From contig DATBLH010000069.1 in NCBI GenBank assembly GCA_036555445.1, forward strand, positions 1,339 to 65,338: a stretch of 64,000 nucleotides of DNA, written 5' to 3'. A program made the translations under genes and the position numbers. This stretch comes from Candidatus Limnocylindrales bacterium. GTDB taxonomy: Bacteria; Chloroflexota; Limnocylindria; Limnocylindrales; CSP1-4. How positions within the stretch are numbered: the stretch's first letter is position 1; every line of letters starts with the position of its first letter. The notes beneath the pieces were generated by a model. It did no database searches. It was not told where the DNA came from and worked only from the letters and a program-made list of their open reading frames with translations. Of this stretch, positions 52,268 through 64,000 are shown piece after piece.

Positions 52268-54172
52268 TCACGCCGTGACGGCGCGACTGACCGTCTGGGT
52301 GGTGAAGCACTCGATGATGTCGCCCTCGGCGACGTCCGTGAAGCTCTCCAACCCGATTCCACACTCGAAGTTCTGGGCCACCTCGCGGACGTCGTCACGG
52401 AAGCGTCGGAGCGACGAGATCCGGTCCGTGGCAACCACCTTGCCGCCGCGCCAGATCCGGGCACTGCCGCGAACGATCCGCCCATCGGTGACGAACGAGC
52501 CCGCGACGACCTGGTTCTTGCCCACCCGGAACACCTGGCGGACTTCCGCTCGGCCCTCGATGACCTCGACCTCTTCCGGTTCGAGGAGACCCTTGAGCGC
52601 GGCGTCGATGTCGTCGGTGAGCTTGTAGATGATGTCGTAGAGGCGGACGTCCACACCCTCCGCCTCGGCCGCGCGCCGGGCCGTGTCGGTGATCCGGGTG
52701 TTGAACCCGACCACGATCGCATCCGACGCCGAAGCGAGCAGGATGTCGTTGTCGGTGATGTCGCCGGCGGCATCGTGGAGGACGTTGATCCGGACGTCGT
52801 CCGTGCTCAGCTGCTCGAGCGCGTGCGTGATCGCGCCCAGCGAACCCGAGACATCTGCCTTGAGGATGATCCGGAGCTCCTTGGCCTGGCCGGCCTGGAT
52901 CTGGCGATACAGGTCTTCGAGCGTGGCACGCCCGCTGCCGTCGCCGCTCCGCGCGGACGCCTCGGCGCGCCGCTCCTCCACCCGCGTTCGGGCCTCCTTC
53001 TCATCGGCCACGACGCGTAGGACGTCACCGGCCTGGGGCACGTCCGAGAGCCCGAGGATGACCGCGGCGGTAGCCGGGCCGGCCTTCGGCATCCGCTTGC
53101 CCTTTTCGTTCTCGAGAGCCCGGACCTTGCCGAACGTCTCGCCGACGACGATCACATCGCCCACCCGCAGGGTTCCGTTCTGGACGATCACCGTGGCCAC
53201 GGGACCGCGGCGGGCGTCGAGCTCGGCCTCGATGATCGTGCCCACGGCCGGCCGCTTCGGGTTTGCCTTGGGATCGACCAGGGCGTCCGAGGTGATGAGC
53301 ACCGTGTCGAGGAGGTCGTCGATCCCCTCGCGTGTGCGCGCCGAAACGGCGACGAGCGGGACGTCGCCGCCGTATTCCTCGATCACCACGCCGTGCTCGG
53401 AGAGCCCGGTCTTCGCGCGGTCGGGATTGGCGTCGGCCTTGTCGATCTTGTTGAGGGCGACCACGATCGGCACCTTGGCCGCGCGCGCATGGTCGATCGC
53501 CTCGAGCGTCTGGGGCATCACGCCGTCGTCGGCGGCGACCACGATCACGGCAACGTCGGTGACCTTGGCGCCGCGCGCCCGCATCGACGTGAACGCCTCG
53601 TGGCCCGGGGTGTCGAGGAACACGATCCGGCGATCGTTCTTCGTCACTTCGGAGGCGCCGATGTGCTGGGTGATCCCACCGCGCTCGCCGGCCGCGATCT
53701 CGGTGGTCCGGATCGCGTCCAGGAGACTCGTCTTGCCGTGATCGACATGACCCATCACGGTCACGATCGGAGCCCGCGACTGGAGGAGCGACGGATCCTC
53801 TTCCTCGAACAGGAGCTCCTTGGTCGCCTCGGGGACGGCACCGTCACCGTTGGTGTCGGCCGTGGCCGCCGCCACCGGGGCGTTCTCGGCCACCTCGAAC
53901 CCCAGCTCAGACGCGACGAGCGAGGCCGTGTCGCGGTCGATGAGCTGGTTGATCGTGGCGAAGATGCCGCTCTTGATCAGCTCGCGGATCACATCCGCCG
54001 GGTTGACCTGCAGCAGCTCCGCGAGCTCCTTGACGGTGATCGTCGCGGGCAGCTCGATCGCGCCGCGCTCCTTCGGATCGGCGACCTGGACCGGCGACGC
54101 GACCGCGCCGTCGCGGCGCTGCGGCTTGCGAGGCCCGCGACGGCCCCTGGTGCCGCTTCTACTCCTGGCCAC
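52268..54172 (-). CDS. infB: translation initiation factor IF-2
   Basis: 634 aa. GTG start with GAAGGAGGA 4 nt upstream. G-domain VMGHVDHGKTSLLD, DTPGHEAF, NKID. Confidence 0.9.
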   Translation of the reverse strand: MARSRSGTRGRRGPRKPQRRDGAVASPVQVADPKERGAIELPATITVKELAELLQVNPADVIRELIKSGIFATINQLIDRDTASLVASELGFEVAENAPVAAATADTNGDGAVPEATKELLFEEEDPSLLQSRAPIVTVMGHVDHGKTSLLDAIRTTEIAAGERGGITQHIGASEVTKNDRRIVFLDTPGHEAFTSMRARGAKVTDVAVIVVAADDGVMPQTLEAIDHARAAKVPIVVALNKIDKADANPDRAKTGLSEHGVVIEEYGGDVPLVAVSARTREGIDDLLDTVLITSDALVDPKANPKRPAVGTIIEAELDARRGPVATVIVQNGTLRVGDVIVVGETFGKVRALENEKGKRMPKAGPATAAVILGLSDVPQAGDVLRVVADEKEARTRVEERRAEASARSGDGSGRATLEDLYRQIQAGQAKELRIILKADVSGSLGAITHALEQLSTDDVRINVLHDAAGDITDNDILLASASDAIVVGFNTRITDTARRAAEAEGVDVRLYDIIYKLTDDIDAALKGLLEPEEVEVIEGRAEVRQVFRVGKNQVVAGSFVTDGRIVRGSARIWRGGKVVATDRISSLRRFRDDVREVAQNFECGIGLESFTDVAEGDIIECFTTQTVSRAVTA

Positions 54173-54362
54173 GGGCTCCTCCTTCGGTGTTCATCGTGAG
54201 GGCGGCGAGCTCGGTGGCGAGCTCGTCGGGGATCGGCACCTCGAGCGCCTGGGTGAGGGCGCGCCGGATGCCGATCCGGGTGCAGTCGTCCTGGCGGCAG
54301 AGATACGCTCCGCGGCCGGCGAGACGACCGGTGGGGTCGATGGTCACGCGTCGGTCCGGCAT
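54159..54362 (-). CDS. ylxR: YlxR/DUF448 family RNA-binding protein (bounded by first canonical start; conserved N-terminus lies upstream)
   Basis: ...TIDPTGRLAGRGAYLC core. The in-frame upstream codons encode SRSCVACRTTRPKRELIRVVR, the family's N-terminal motif, but contain no ATG, GTG or TTG. Confidence 0.7.
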   Translation of the reverse strand: MPDRRVTIDPTGRLAGRGAYLCRQDDCTRIGIRRALTQALEVPIPDELATELAALTMNTEGGARGQE

Positions 54363-54460
54363 GCGGACGACGCGGATCAGCTCGCGCTTCGGCCGGGTCG
54401 TCCGGCAGGCGACGCATGAGCGGCTTGGGGCAGGTCGGACTCGACCGACCGGCGGCGCGG

Positions 54461-55945
<1,485 letters not shown>

Positions 55946-55993
55946 GATGCTCCTCCCGATGGTTGATCGGTGTTGTGTGACCGGACGGCCGTC

Positions 55994-56020
55994 AAAGAAA
56001 AACGTGGGGGTCACCCACGT
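55994..56020 (-). terminator. intrinsic terminator downstream of ispG
   Basis: The minus strand reads ACGTGGG-TGACC-CCCACGT followed by TTTTTCTTT. This is a 7-bp GC-rich stem and 5-nt loop, about 95 nt after the ispG stop and upstream of nusA. Confidence 0.6.
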
Positions 56021-56113
56021 CGTCAGGCGGCCATTCGATGTTGCCGCGAGTATACACCGGGACGCGTGGGCCCTCAAAGACGCGGCCTGACCAGCCGCGC
56101 GGGCCGGCGACCG

Positions 56114-57388
56114 TCAGGCCGGCGTCGCAGCCTCCGTTCCCGCCCCCGATCCCGCGGCCGGGTATCGACGCCCGACATAGTCCTCCAGGATGTCGATGAA
56201 CTCGCGGACGAGCCCATCACCTCGCAGTGTCCGGAGGAGCTGGCCGTCGACGAAGACGGGCGCCACCGGCTCCTCGAACGTGCCCGGGAGCGAGATCCCG
56301 ATATCGGCGTGCTTCGATTCCCCGGGACCGTTGACGACGCAGCCCATCACGGCCACCCGGAGCTCCTCGACCCCCGGGCGCGCCGTCCGCCACTCCGGCA
56401 TCCGCTCCCGGAGGTAGTCCTGGATCTCGGCCGCCATCTCCTGGAAGAACGTCGAGGTCGTCCGGCCACACCCCGGACAGGCGGAGACCTGGGGCAGGAA
56501 TGATCGCAGCCCCAGCGACTGGAGGACCTGCTGCGCCACGCGGACCTCTTCCTCGCGCTCACCGCCGGGGGCCGGGGTCAGCGAGACCCGGATCGTGTCC
56601 CCGATCCCCTCGGCCAGCAGGACCGACAGCCCGGCCGTGGACGCGACGATGCCCTTCATCCCCAGTCCGGCCTCGGTGAGCCCGAGATGAAGCGGGTAGT
56701 CGGAACGGCGGGCGAGCAGGCGGTAGACCTCGACCAGGTCCTGCACCCCGGAGACCTTGGCCGACAGGATGATCCGGTCATGGCCGAGGCCGACCGATTC
56801 CGCGAGCTCCGCGGAGCGCATCGCGGACTCGACCATCGCGTCGATCATCACCGCGCGCGCGTCGCGTGGAGCCTCCAGCCGGGCGTTGGCATCCATCATC
56901 GAGGTCAGCAGCTGCTGGTCGAGGGACCCCCAGTTCACTCCGATCCGAACCGGCTTGTCGTTGTCGATCGCGACGCGAACGATCGTCGAGAAGTTCTCGT
57001 CGCGATGGCGGGAACCGACGTTGCCCGGGTTGATCCGGTATTTGGCCAGAGCCTGCGCCGCGTCGGGGTGATCGACCAGCAGCTTGTGCCCGTTGTAGTG
57101 GAAGTCGCCGATCACCGGCACGCCGACACCCAGGTCGCGGAGCTTGCGCACGATCTCCGGAACGGCGGCCGCGGCCTCGTCGGTGTTGACCGTGACCCGC
57201 ACCAGCTCCGATCCCGCGTGGGCCAGGCGGGCGACCTGGAGGGCGGTTGCGTCGGCGTCCGCGGTGTCGGTGTTCGTCATCGACTGGACGACGACAGGGT
57301 GGGCGGATCCCACCATCACGCCGCCGACGTCGGTGGTGACCGTTTGCCGGCGTGCGCCGAACGCCTCCGGCCCGCCGGCGGGCGTCAC
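56114..57388 (-). CDS. ispG: 4-hydroxy-3-methylbut-2-en-1-yl diphosphate synthase
   Basis: 424 aa. ...[21 protein letters not shown]...CPGCGRT (Fe-S Cys)...[11 protein letters not shown]. Confidence 0.9.
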   Translation of the reverse strand: MTPAGGPEAFGARRQTVTTDVGGVMVGSAHPVVVQSMTNTDTADADATALQVARLAHAGSELVRVTVNTDEAAAAVPEIVRKLRDLGVGVPVIGDFHYNGHKLLVDHPDAAQALAKYRINPGNVGSRHRDENFSTIVRVAIDNDKPVRIGVNWGSLDQQLLTSMMDANARLEAPRDARAVMIDAMVESAMRSAELAESVGLGHDRIILSAKVSGVQDLVEVYRLLARRSDYPLHLGLTEAGLGMKGIVASTAGLSVLLAEGIGDTIRVSLTPAPGGEREEEVRVAQQVLQSLGLRSFLPQVSACPGCGRTTSTFFQEMAAEIQDYLRERMPEWRTARPGVEELRVAVMGCVVNGPGESKHADIGISLPGTFEEPVAPVFVDGQLLRTLRGDGLVREFIDILEDYVGRRYPAAGSGAGTEAATPA

Positions 57389-58479
57389 TGACCGCCGCCG
57401 AGCTGGCGGATCAGATCGAAGCCGGTGATCCAGATCAGGAACGCGAACAGGAAGACGAAGCCGACGACATACGTCAGTCGCTCGGCCCGGAGGCTGATCC
57501 GCTCTCCGACGATCGACTTGAGCAGGATGACCAGGATCCGCCCGCCGTCGAGGGGCGGGAACGGGAGGATGTTGACGACGGCCAGGTTCGCGGAGAGGAC
57601 CCCGGCGAGGTACAGGGTGACGATCGGTCCGAGCTGCCAGAACACGTTCCCGATCTGGACCGCGATCCCTACCGGACCGGCGGCCGGAGGCGGCTCGGTG
57701 GGGCGATTGATGATCGAGTCGCCGAGCTGGCGCAGACCGTCCAGGATCAGACCCAGGGCGCTGGTCGTGCGCTGGACACCGAGCGAGACGGCCTGGTCGG
57801 GTGGATGCGAGACGCTGACGCGGGTCGTGGCCCCGGTGAGGCCGGCGATCCCGAGAGCGCCCTGGTTCTCGCTGATCTCCTGGGGGCTGCGCAGCGTAAC
57901 CGTGACTTCGTCGGCGGATCCATCGGCGCGCTCGAGACCGAGGGTCACCGTCTTGCCGGCGCGCGACTGGAGCGCGGACAGCAGCGCCTCGCCCTTGAGC
58001 GGATCGAAGTACCGGCCGTCCACGCTGGCCACGACGTCGCCGGCGTGGATCCCCGCCGTGTCGGCCGGCGAGCCGGGCTCCACGCTCCCGACCCGGATCC
58101 CGAGGGTCGGGTCGCCGAACAGCGCGATCCCGGTGAAGATCGCAAACGAGAGGACGACGTTCATCGCGACACCGGCGACGAGGATCACGACCTTGATCGG
58201 CAACCGGGCACTCGCGAACGAGCGCGGATCGTCGCCACCGTCGCCGTCCTCGCCCTCGAGCTTGACGAAGCCCCCGATCGGGAGCCAGTTCAGCGTGTAC
58301 AGCGTCTCGCCCTCGGACCGCAACACCCTCGCCCGGGGCGGAAAACCGATGCCGAATTCCAGCACGCGGACCCGTGCGAGTCGCGCGGTCAGGAAATGGC
58401 CGAGCTCGTGGATCACGACGAGCCCGCCGAGGATCAGGAAGAACAGGACGATCGTGATGACCGTCTGGGCGAGCTCCAT
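57385..58479 (-). CDS. rseP: site-2 (RIP) zinc metalloprotease RseP/RasP family
   Basis: 364 aa. [10 protein letters not shown] (HExxH) in TM1, a central PDZ (...[15 protein letters not shown]...) and C-terminal [16 protein letters not shown]. Confidence 0.85.
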   Translation of the reverse strand: MELAQTVITIVLFFLILGGLVVIHELGHFLTARLARVRVLEFGIGFPPRARVLRSEGETLYTLNWLPIGGFVKLEGEDGDGGDDPRSFASARLPIKVVILVAGVAMNVVLSFAIFTGIALFGDPTLGIRVGSVEPGSPADTAGIHAGDVVASVDGRYFDPLKGEALLSALQSRAGKTVTLGLERADGSADEVTVTLRSPQEISENQGALGIAGLTGATTRVSVSHPPDQAVSLGVQRTTSALGLILDGLRQLGDSIINRPTEPPPAAGPVGIAVQIGNVFWQLGPIVTLYLAGVLSANLAVVNILPFPPLDGGRILVILLKSIVGERISLRAERLTYVVGFVFLFAFLIWITGFDLIRQLGGGQ

Positions 58480-59702
58480 CAGGCGGTCACCGAGCCTTGC
58501 CGGTACGCGGCCCGCACCTCGGTGTCGAGCGCCACCAGCGTCTCCAGGTCCGGGGTCTGGTCGTCGCCACCCCCGAACCGATCCACGGCATCCTCGAGCA
58601 CCGACGCGATCCCCGGGAAGGTGAGGGTCCCGGACAGGAACCGGTCGACCGCCACCTCGTCGGCGGCGATCAGCGCGGCCGCGGCGCGCTGGCCGATCCG
58701 GCCCGCGTCGCGAGCGATCCGGAGCGCGGGGAACCGGGCCTCGTCGGGCGCCTCGAACTCGAGCGTCGACGCGGCAATGAGGTCGGCTGGCGCGGCCTGG
58801 GATGGCGCGCGGTCGGGATAGGTCAGGGCGTACTGGATTGGAAGACGCATATCGGGGGTGCCCAGCTGGGCCTTGAGGGAACCGTCACGGAACAGGACGG
58901 CCGAGTGGACGACGCTCTGCGGGTGGATCACCACGTCGATCGCGTCGTACGGGACATCGTACAGCCAGTGTGCCTCGATCACCTCCAGGCCTTTGTTCGC
59001 GAGTGTTGCCGAGTCGATCGTGATCTTGCTGCCCATCCGCCACGTCGGATGCCGGAGCGCCTGCTCCGGGGTCACCGCCGCGAGCTCCTCCGGCGACGCG
59101 TGGAGGAACGGCCCTCCCGATGCGGTGAGCGTGAGCCGCGCGATCGCATCCATGGATTCGCCGGCCAGGCACTGCCAGATCGCCGAGTGCTCCGAGTCGA
59201 TCGGCCGCAACCATGCGAGCGGCTGGCTCCGGACACCTCCCGGTTCGCGACGTGCCGCCGCCAACGCCCGCTCCCGGGCGAGCGGCATCACCAGGTGTCC
59301 GCCCGCGACGAGCGTCTCCTTGTTCGCGGTCGCCACCACCTTGCCGACGGCCAGGGCAGCCACCACGGGCCGGAGGCTCACGATCCCGCCCGTCCCGACG
59401 ACGACCATGTCCACGTCCGGCCGTGTGGCGAGCTCCACCAGCGCGTCGGGGCCCCGGACGAGCGTCGTCGCGGGCGGGACGTCGATCGCCGCCGCCGGGT
59501 CGGCGACGGCGACCACCGCGGGACCGAACCGCCGAGCCTGCTCCCCAAGGAGCCCGGTGTTCCCGCCGGCCGCGAGCGCGACGACGCGGAAGCGGTCCTC
59601 GAGCGCCGCCAGGACGTCCAGCGCCTGGCGCCCGATGCTTCCCGTGGAGCCGAGGACGGCCACCGCCAGCGGCGGCCTGTCAGCGGACGAGCGTGACGAC
59701 AT
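58479..59702 (-). CDS. dxr: 1-deoxy-D-xylulose 5-phosphate reductoisomerase
   Basis: [17 protein letters not shown]...ANKETLV...[13 protein letters not shown]...[17 protein letters not shown]. Confidence 0.9.
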   Translation of the reverse strand: MSSRSSADRPPLAVAVLGSTGSIGRQALDVLAALEDRFRVVALAAGGNTGLLGEQARRFGPAVVAVADPAAAIDVPPATTLVRGPDALVELATRPDVDMVVVGTGGIVSLRPVVAALAVGKVVATANKETLVAGGHLVMPLARERALAAARREPGGVRSQPLAWLRPIDSEHSAIWQCLAGESMDAIARLTLTASGGPFLHASPEELAAVTPEQALRHPTWRMGSKITIDSATLANKGLEVIEAHWLYDVPYDAIDVVIHPQSVVHSAVLFRDGSLKAQLGTPDMRLPIQYALTYPDRAPSQAAPADLIAASTLEFEAPDEARFPALRIARDAGRIGQRAAAALIAADEVAVDRFLSGTLTFPGIASVLEDAVDRFGGGDDQTPDLETLVALDTEVRAAYRQGSVTA

Positions 59703-60510
59703 AGAGCGTGACCACCGGGGCCGCGAACAGGAACGAATCGAGGCGATCGAGGATGCCTCCGTGGCCTGGGATCAGCGAGCCGGAGTCCTTCGCGCCGGCC
59801 GCCCGCTTGAGCATCGATTCGGCGAGATCCCCGGCCTGGGACGCGAGGCCGACGAGCGGACCCAGCAGGAGTGCCTGGATCGGCGGCTGGCCGAGGCCGG
59901 CGAGGACCGCACCGATCGCGACGCCGGCAGCGACAAGCCCTCCGAGCAGCCCCGCGTAGGTCTTCGACGGCGAGATGTGGGCGAGGAACCGCCGGCGCCC
60001 GAACCGGCGGCCCACCAGGTAGGCGCCCGTGTCATATCCCCACACCCCGACCACGAGCACCAGGATCCACCCCCGCCCGTCGTCCAGGGCGGCCAGCGGC
60101 GCCCCGACCGGGATCGCCGGGGCGACCTCACCCAGGCGCACCACGAACGCGAGCAGCGACGCGTAGACCGCGCCGAAGACGGTGGCCAGCCAGGTCACGA
60201 GGCCGTCTCGGGGATCGTCGAGCGCGAACGCCGCGACGGCGATCAGGATCGCCCCGAGCGCGATCAGGAGCTGGCCGCTCCCGTCGAGCTCGCGAGGGAC
60301 GGCGGCCTCCACGACCACCGCGACCGCGAGGATGGTGCCCAGGATCCGCAGCGTCGGGAACCCGGCCGCCCGGAGGAGGCTGAACGTCTCCAGCGCGGCG
60401 AGACCGGTCGCCAGGGCCACGACGGCCGGGATCCATGGGTCACCGAGGACGATCGCGACGAGGAGGGGCGGAACGAGGACCGCGGCGCTGAGCGCACGCT
60501 GGCGGAGCAT
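59680..60510 (-). CDS. cdsA: phosphatidate cytidylyltransferase
   Basis: 276 aa polytopic membrane protein. C-terminal signature SMLKRAAGAKDSGSLIPGHGGILDRLDS. Confidence 0.85.
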   Translation of the reverse strand: MLRQRALSAAVLVPPLLVAIVLGDPWIPAVVALATGLAALETFSLLRAAGFPTLRILGTILAVAVVVEAAVPRELDGSGQLLIALGAILIAVAAFALDDPRDGLVTWLATVFGAVYASLLAFVVRLGEVAPAIPVGAPLAALDDGRGWILVLVVGVWGYDTGAYLVGRRFGRRRFLAHISPSKTYAGLLGGLVAAGVAIGAVLAGLGQPPIQALLLGPLVGLASQAGDLAESMLKRAAGAKDSGSLIPGHGGILDRLDSFLFAAPVVTLYVVTLVR

Positions 60511-60531
60511 CCGGACTCGGGTCCGAGCGGA

Positions 60532-61362
60532 TCAGCGCCCGAAGCGGCGCGTGCGGCGGGCGAACTCGAGGAGGGCGGCGTCGAACGCGTCCGGACCAAA
60601 GTCGGGCCACAGGACGTCGCAGGAGTAGAACTCGGCGTAGGCCGACTGCCAGATCAGGAAGTTCGAAAGGCGTTGCTCGCCTCCCGTGCGAACGACGAGA
60701 TCGGGATCGGGCAGGCCCGCCGTGTACAGAACGCCGGAGATCGCCGCCTCATCGATGGCGCTCGGTGCCACGCCGTTCGCGGCCAGCTGCCGGAACGCGT
60801 CGACGAGCTCCGTGCGGCCGGCGTAATTGAAGGCAATGTTGAGCAGCAGGCGCTCGCCCGACGCCGTTGCCTCGAGGGCGCTGCCGATCGAACGACGCGT
60901 GGCCTCGGGCAGCTCGTCCAGGCGGCCCAGGAGCCGCACCCGCACGCCCTGATCGCGCAGCTCCTCGGTCTCGGAGCGGATCGCCTGCTCCAGCAGCTCG
61001 AACAGGCCCGTCACCTCGTCGTCGGAGCGCGCCCAGTTCTCGCGGCTGAAGGCATACAGCGTGAGCACCGGCACGCCCCGGCGCACGGCATGCCGGAGGA
61101 TCGACCGGATCGCCTCCACGCCCGCCGCGTGGCCCTCCCCCTCCGACAGTCCGCGGGCACGGGCCCAGCGACGATTGCCATCCATGATGATCGCAACGTG
61201 GCGCGGCAGCTCGGCCGGATCGACGAGCGCCTCTTCGACCAGTGCAACCGAGCCGGCTGCCGTCTCCGGCTCGTCCTCGTGGGCGATCGGCGGTGCATCG
61301 GTTGGGCGTTCCAGCCCCTGGTTTCCGGTCGTTGCCGGCTGATCCAGGTCGACGCGAGCCAC
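60532..61362 (-). CDS. uppS: isoprenyl transferase (undecaprenyl diphosphate synthase family) with about 50-aa N-terminal extension
   Basis: PRHVAIIMDGNRRWA...LTLYAFSRENW...IRTGGEQRLSNFLIWQSAYAEF. Confidence 0.9.
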   Translation of the reverse strand: MARVDLDQPATTGNQGLERPTDAPPIAHEDEPETAAGSVALVEEALVDPAELPRHVAIIMDGNRRWARARGLSEGEGHAAGVEAIRSILRHAVRRGVPVLTLYAFSRENWARSDDEVTGLFELLEQAIRSETEELRDQGVRVRLLGRLDELPEATRRSIGSALEATASGERLLLNIAFNYAGRTELVDAFRQLAANGVAPSAIDEAAISGVLYTAGLPDPDLVVRTGGEQRLSNFLIWQSAYAEFYSCDVLWPDFGPDAFDAALLEFARRTRRFGR

Positions 61363-61919
61363 TAGACCTCCAGGACCTCGTCTTCCTTGTTCTTGCCCAG
61401 CCGGTCGATCTCGGCCACGAACCGATCCGTCGTCCGCTGCAGCGCGTCCAGCTGGCGATGGGCGTCGTCCGACCCGACCGCCCCGTCGCGCTCTTCCTTC
61501 TTGAGGTCGTCGGCAGCCTCACGGCGGAGGTTGCGGACCTCGACCCGGGCATCCTCCATGCGCCTGTGGACGACCCGCACGAGCTCCTTGCGACGCTCCT
61601 CGGTGAGCGGGGGGATATTCAGCCGAACGACGGTGCCGTCGACATTCGGAACGAGCCCGACGTCGCTCCGCTGGATCGCCTTCTCAATGGCACCCAGCAC
61701 GCCGCGGTCCCAGGGCTGGATGACGATCTGGTGCGGCTCCGGGACGGAGATGCTCGCGAGCTGGTTCAGCGGTGTCTCCGTGCCGTAGTACTCGACGTGA
61801 ATCCGCTCCACGAGGGAGGTGGAAGCCCGCCCGGTGCGGATCCCGGTGAAGTCGCGGGTCATCGCCTCGACCGCGCGACCCATCTTCTGCTCGGCGGCCG
61901 TCAGCGTCTCGGTGCTCAC
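61362..61919 (-). CDS. frr: ribosome recycling factor
   Basis: Start at GTG 61919 (GTGA overlap with the pyrH stop). 185 aa. ...[23 protein letters not shown]...[14 protein letters not shown]. Confidence 0.9.
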   Translation of the reverse strand: MSTETLTAAEQKMGRAVEAMTRDFTGIRTGRASTSLVERIHVEYYGTETPLNQLASISVPEPHQIVIQPWDRGVLGAIEKAIQRSDVGLVPNVDGTVVRLNIPPLTEERRKELVRVVHRRMEDARVEVRNLRREAADDLKKEERDGAVGSDDAHRQLDALQRTTDRFVAEIDRLGKNKEDEVLEV

Positions 61920-62701
61920 GTGCGCGGCCCTCCCTCGGCTGCGGCGATGAGGGTGCCGACCGGCTCGCCGAGGGCGACCCGGGTGATGTTGTCCGGCCGG
62001 TTGAGGTCGAACACGACGATCGGGAGGTCGTTCTCCATGCACAGTGCCACGGCAGCGGCGTCGAGCACCTTGAGCTGGTCGCGAAGCAGGTCCTCGTAGC
62101 CCAGGCGCGCGTAGCGCCGGGCGTTCGGCTCCTTGAGTGGATCGGCTTCGTAGACCCCGTCGACGCGGGTGGCCTTGAGCAGCACCTCGGCGCCGATCTC
62201 CACGGCGCGCAGGGCCGCCGCGGTGTCGGTGGTGAAATACGGGTTGCCGCTGCCGGCGACGAAGATCGCAACCCGCCCCTTCTCGAGGTGGCGGACCGCT
62301 CGGCGGCGGATGTACGGCTCGGCGACCTCGTTCATCTGGATCGCGCTCATCACCCGGACCGGGACGCCGACGCGCTCCACCGCGTCCTGGAGCGCCAGCC
62401 CGTTCATGACCGTGGCCAGCATCCCGATGTAGTCGCCGGTCGCGCGGTCCATCCCGCTCGCGGCGGCTGCCAATCCCCGGAAGATGTTCCCACCGCCGAC
62501 GACGATCCCCACCTGGACGCCGAGGCGGTGGACCTCGGCGACCTGCCGCGCGATGAACTCGCAGAACGCGGGGTCGACGCCGTAAGGACGGTCCCCGAGG
62601 AGGGCCTCGCCTGACAGCTTGAGCAGGATTCGCCGGTACTGCAGGCCGGAGCGACCTGCATCCACGGCCACCGGAGCGGAGGTGGTGTCGATCTCGGTCA
62701 C
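61916..62701 (-). CDS. pyrH: UMP kinase
   Basis: Start at GTG 62701 (GTGA overlap with the tsf stop). [13 protein letters not shown]...[11 protein letters not shown]...TDTAAALRA. Confidence 0.9.
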   Translation of the reverse strand: MTEIDTTSAPVAVDAGRSGLQYRRILLKLSGEALLGDRPYGVDPAFCEFIARQVAEVHRLGVQVGIVVGGGNIFRGLAAAASGMDRATGDYIGMLATVMNGLALQDAVERVGVPVRVMSAIQMNEVAEPYIRRRAVRHLEKGRVAIFVAGSGNPYFTTDTAAALRAVEIGAEVLLKATRVDGVYEADPLKEPNARRYARLGYEDLLRDQLKVLDAAAVALCMENDLPIVVFDLNRPDNITRVALGEPVGTLIAAAEGGPRT

Positions 62702-63297
62702 AGCTCCTCCCCGAGAGCGTAGCGCGTGAATCGGCGAACGACGATGTTCTCGCCGATCGTCGCGATCCTGTCGACGATCAGCTCGCGCACGGTGCGCTCC
62801 TCGTCGCGGAACGGCTGCTCGTACAGGACGACCTGCTGGAACCACTTCCTGAGCTGGCCGTCCACGATCCGGTCACGGACGTCGGCGGGCTTGGCCTGGA
62901 CCGCCGGGTCCGCGAGCAGCTCCGCGCGCTTGGCGTCGAGCTGGTCGGCGGGGATCCGGTCCACGTCGACGAACAACGGCGACAGGCCGGCGACCTGGAT
63001 CGCAAGATCCCGGGCGAGCTTCTGGAACTCCTCTGTCCGGGCGACGAAGTCGGTCTCGCAGTTGACCTCGATGAGGACGCCGACCCGGCCGCCGGTGTGG
63101 ATGTAACTCGAGACCAGGCCCTCGCGCGCCTCGCGTCCTTCCTTCTTCGCCGCCATCGTCGTGCTCCGCTCGCGAAGGAGCTGAACGGCGGCGTCGATGT
63201 CGCCGCCGGTCTCCTCGAGGGCGCGCTTGCAGTCCATCATCCCTGCGCCGGTCAGGTCGCGCAGCTTCTTCACATCCTGGGCCGAGAAGTCCGGCAT
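62698..63297 (-). CDS. tsf: translation elongation factor Ts (short form)
   Basis: 199 aa. [35 protein letters not shown] (UBA-like N-terminus). Confidence 0.9.
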   Translation of the reverse strand: MPDFSAQDVKKLRDLTGAGMMDCKRALEETGGDIDAAVQLLRERSTTMAAKKEGREAREGLVSSYIHTGGRVGVLIEVNCETDFVARTEEFQKLARDLAIQVAGLSPLFVDVDRIPADQLDAKRAELLADPAVQAKPADVRDRIVDGQLRKWFQQVVLYEQPFRDEERTVRELIVDRIATIGENIVVRRFTRYALGEEL

Positions 63298-63385
63298 CGG
63301 GCTGGTGTGCTCCTTCGTGCTGGCGCCGGGCGTCGCGGCCCGGTCGTGCGAGATCGGCGCGGACGGTGCCTGCCGTTGCCGCCGA

Positions 63386-64000
63386 TCAGCGAGTGGCGGG
63401 TGCCTCTGGCGCGGGCGTGGCCTCCGGTTCGGGCTCGGGGGTCAGCTCCGGCTCGGGGGTCAGCTCCGGCTCGGCGGCCGCGGCCGCGTCCTCCTCGCGC
63501 TCCGCGGCTTCGCGCGCCAGCTCGGCGGCGATCTCGTCGGGCGATGCCTCGGACGCCTCCTCGCCCTCGATCGCAGCTTCGGCGCGTGCGGCGCGTGCGC
63601 CCGGCAGCAGGTCCTCCTCCTCGTCGAGTCCTGGCTCGAATGTGAGCGCGGCACCACCGGCGAGGGCGGCGACCAGCTCGTCGGATGGGAGCGTCTCCTC
63701 GTACTCGGGCTCGGCCGTGACCGCCTCCGGCTCGGGCTCGATCGCCCGCGCCGAGCGCTCCTGTGCACCCTCGATGCACGCCTCCGCGACGAGCGAGCAC
63801 AGGAGGCGAATGGCCCGGATGGCGTCGTCGTTGGCGGGAATGATGTAGTCGAGCTCGTCCGGATCGACGTTCGTGTCGCCGGTCCCGATCACCGGGATCT
63901 CGAGCTTGTTGGCCTCGGTGACCGCGATCCGCTCGCGGTGCGGGTCGACGATGAACACCGCACCCGGCAGTCGCTTCATCCGGCGGATGCCGCCCAGCGA
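63386..64000 (-). CDS. rpsB: 30S ribosomal protein S2, 3' part (5' end beyond window), with about 120-aa acidic C-terminal extension
   Basis: The frame is open to base 64000 (...[48 protein letters not shown]...). The tail is rich in Glu/Ala/Pro. Confidence 0.9.
   Translation of the reverse strand, partial: SLGGIRRMKRLPGAVFIVDPHRERIAVTEANKLEIPVIGTGDTNVDPDELDYIIPANDDAIRAIRLLCSLVAEACIEGAQERSARAIEPEPEAVTAEPEYEETLPSDELVAALAGGAALTFEPGLDEEEDLLPGARAARAEAAIEGEEASEASPDEIAAELAREAAEREEDAAAAAEPELTPEPELTPEPEPEATPAPEAPATR
63433..63468. repeat. perfect 18-nt x2 (plus partial third) tandem repeat in the rpsB tail
   Basis: GCTCGGGGGTCAGCTCCG occurs at 63433-63450 and 63451-63468, followed by GCTCGG. In frame, it encodes [15 protein letters not shown]. 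Confidence 0.9.

Overview
This is a very GC-rich bacterial chromosome segment (by eye about 70% G+C, with third codon positions almost always G/C). It is gene-dense. I recognised no rRNA, tRNA, CRISPR array, transposase or integrase. No alignments or HMM searches were possible, so every family call rests on motifs I recognise in the supplied translations. Start sites were chosen by RBS and start/stop-overlap logic.

The window has two parts.

(1) 1-35.3 kb looks accessory. It carries:
- eight VOC/glyoxalase-fold genes, three of them close paralogs
- two DHFR-like reductases
- two GNAT genes plus an AAC(2')-like gene
- DinB, cupin, a DDN-type (F420) nitroreductase, two SRPBCC genes, ArsR and a serine hydrolase
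- a tightly coupled 7-gene GntR-SIS-GH84-ABC-DUF1028 operon with DasR/dre-like operator half-sites
- a secreted GH18 enzyme, two MFS transporters and a TPR-type class III nucleotide cyclase
- an orphan cluster of small ORFs at 24-25.5 kb

(2) 35.3-64 kb is one minus-strand housekeeping block. In transcription order it reads rpsB-tsf-pyrH-frr-uppS-cdsA-dxr-rseP-ispG | nusA-ylxR-infB-rbfA-nrnA-truB-ribF-rpsO-pnp-GNAT-asd-udg-rnj-ftsK-rodZ-like-cinA-murC-yajQ. This order is collinear with the Bacillus subtilis rpsB...pnpA...asd...ftsK...cinA region. About 15 gene junctions across the window overlap by 4 nt (ATGA, GTGA or TTGA).

Main finding: the pnp gene (864 aa) carries an apparently intact DEDDh (DnaQ/RNase T-like) 3'-5' exonuclease domain. 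The domain is nested in frame between the two RNase PH domains. I do not know of any description of this architecture.

Secondary observations:
- a perfect 20-bp tandem duplication of the truB-stop/ribF-start overlap, which creates a 7-codon relay ORF
- three genes whose conserved N-termini lack a usable start or change frame (ylxR and two GNATs); this could be real or could be assembly indels
- a Val/Ile/Leu-rich 33-codon ORF 4 nt upstream of an acetolactate-synthase-like TPP enzyme
- a promoter with two copies of a TGACAG-N4-CTGTCA operator in front of one VOC paralog
- a Lys/Ala/Thr-rich tail on NusA
- an apparently degenerate riboflavin-kinase domain in RibF
- in-frame 18-nt microduplications in two C-terminal tails
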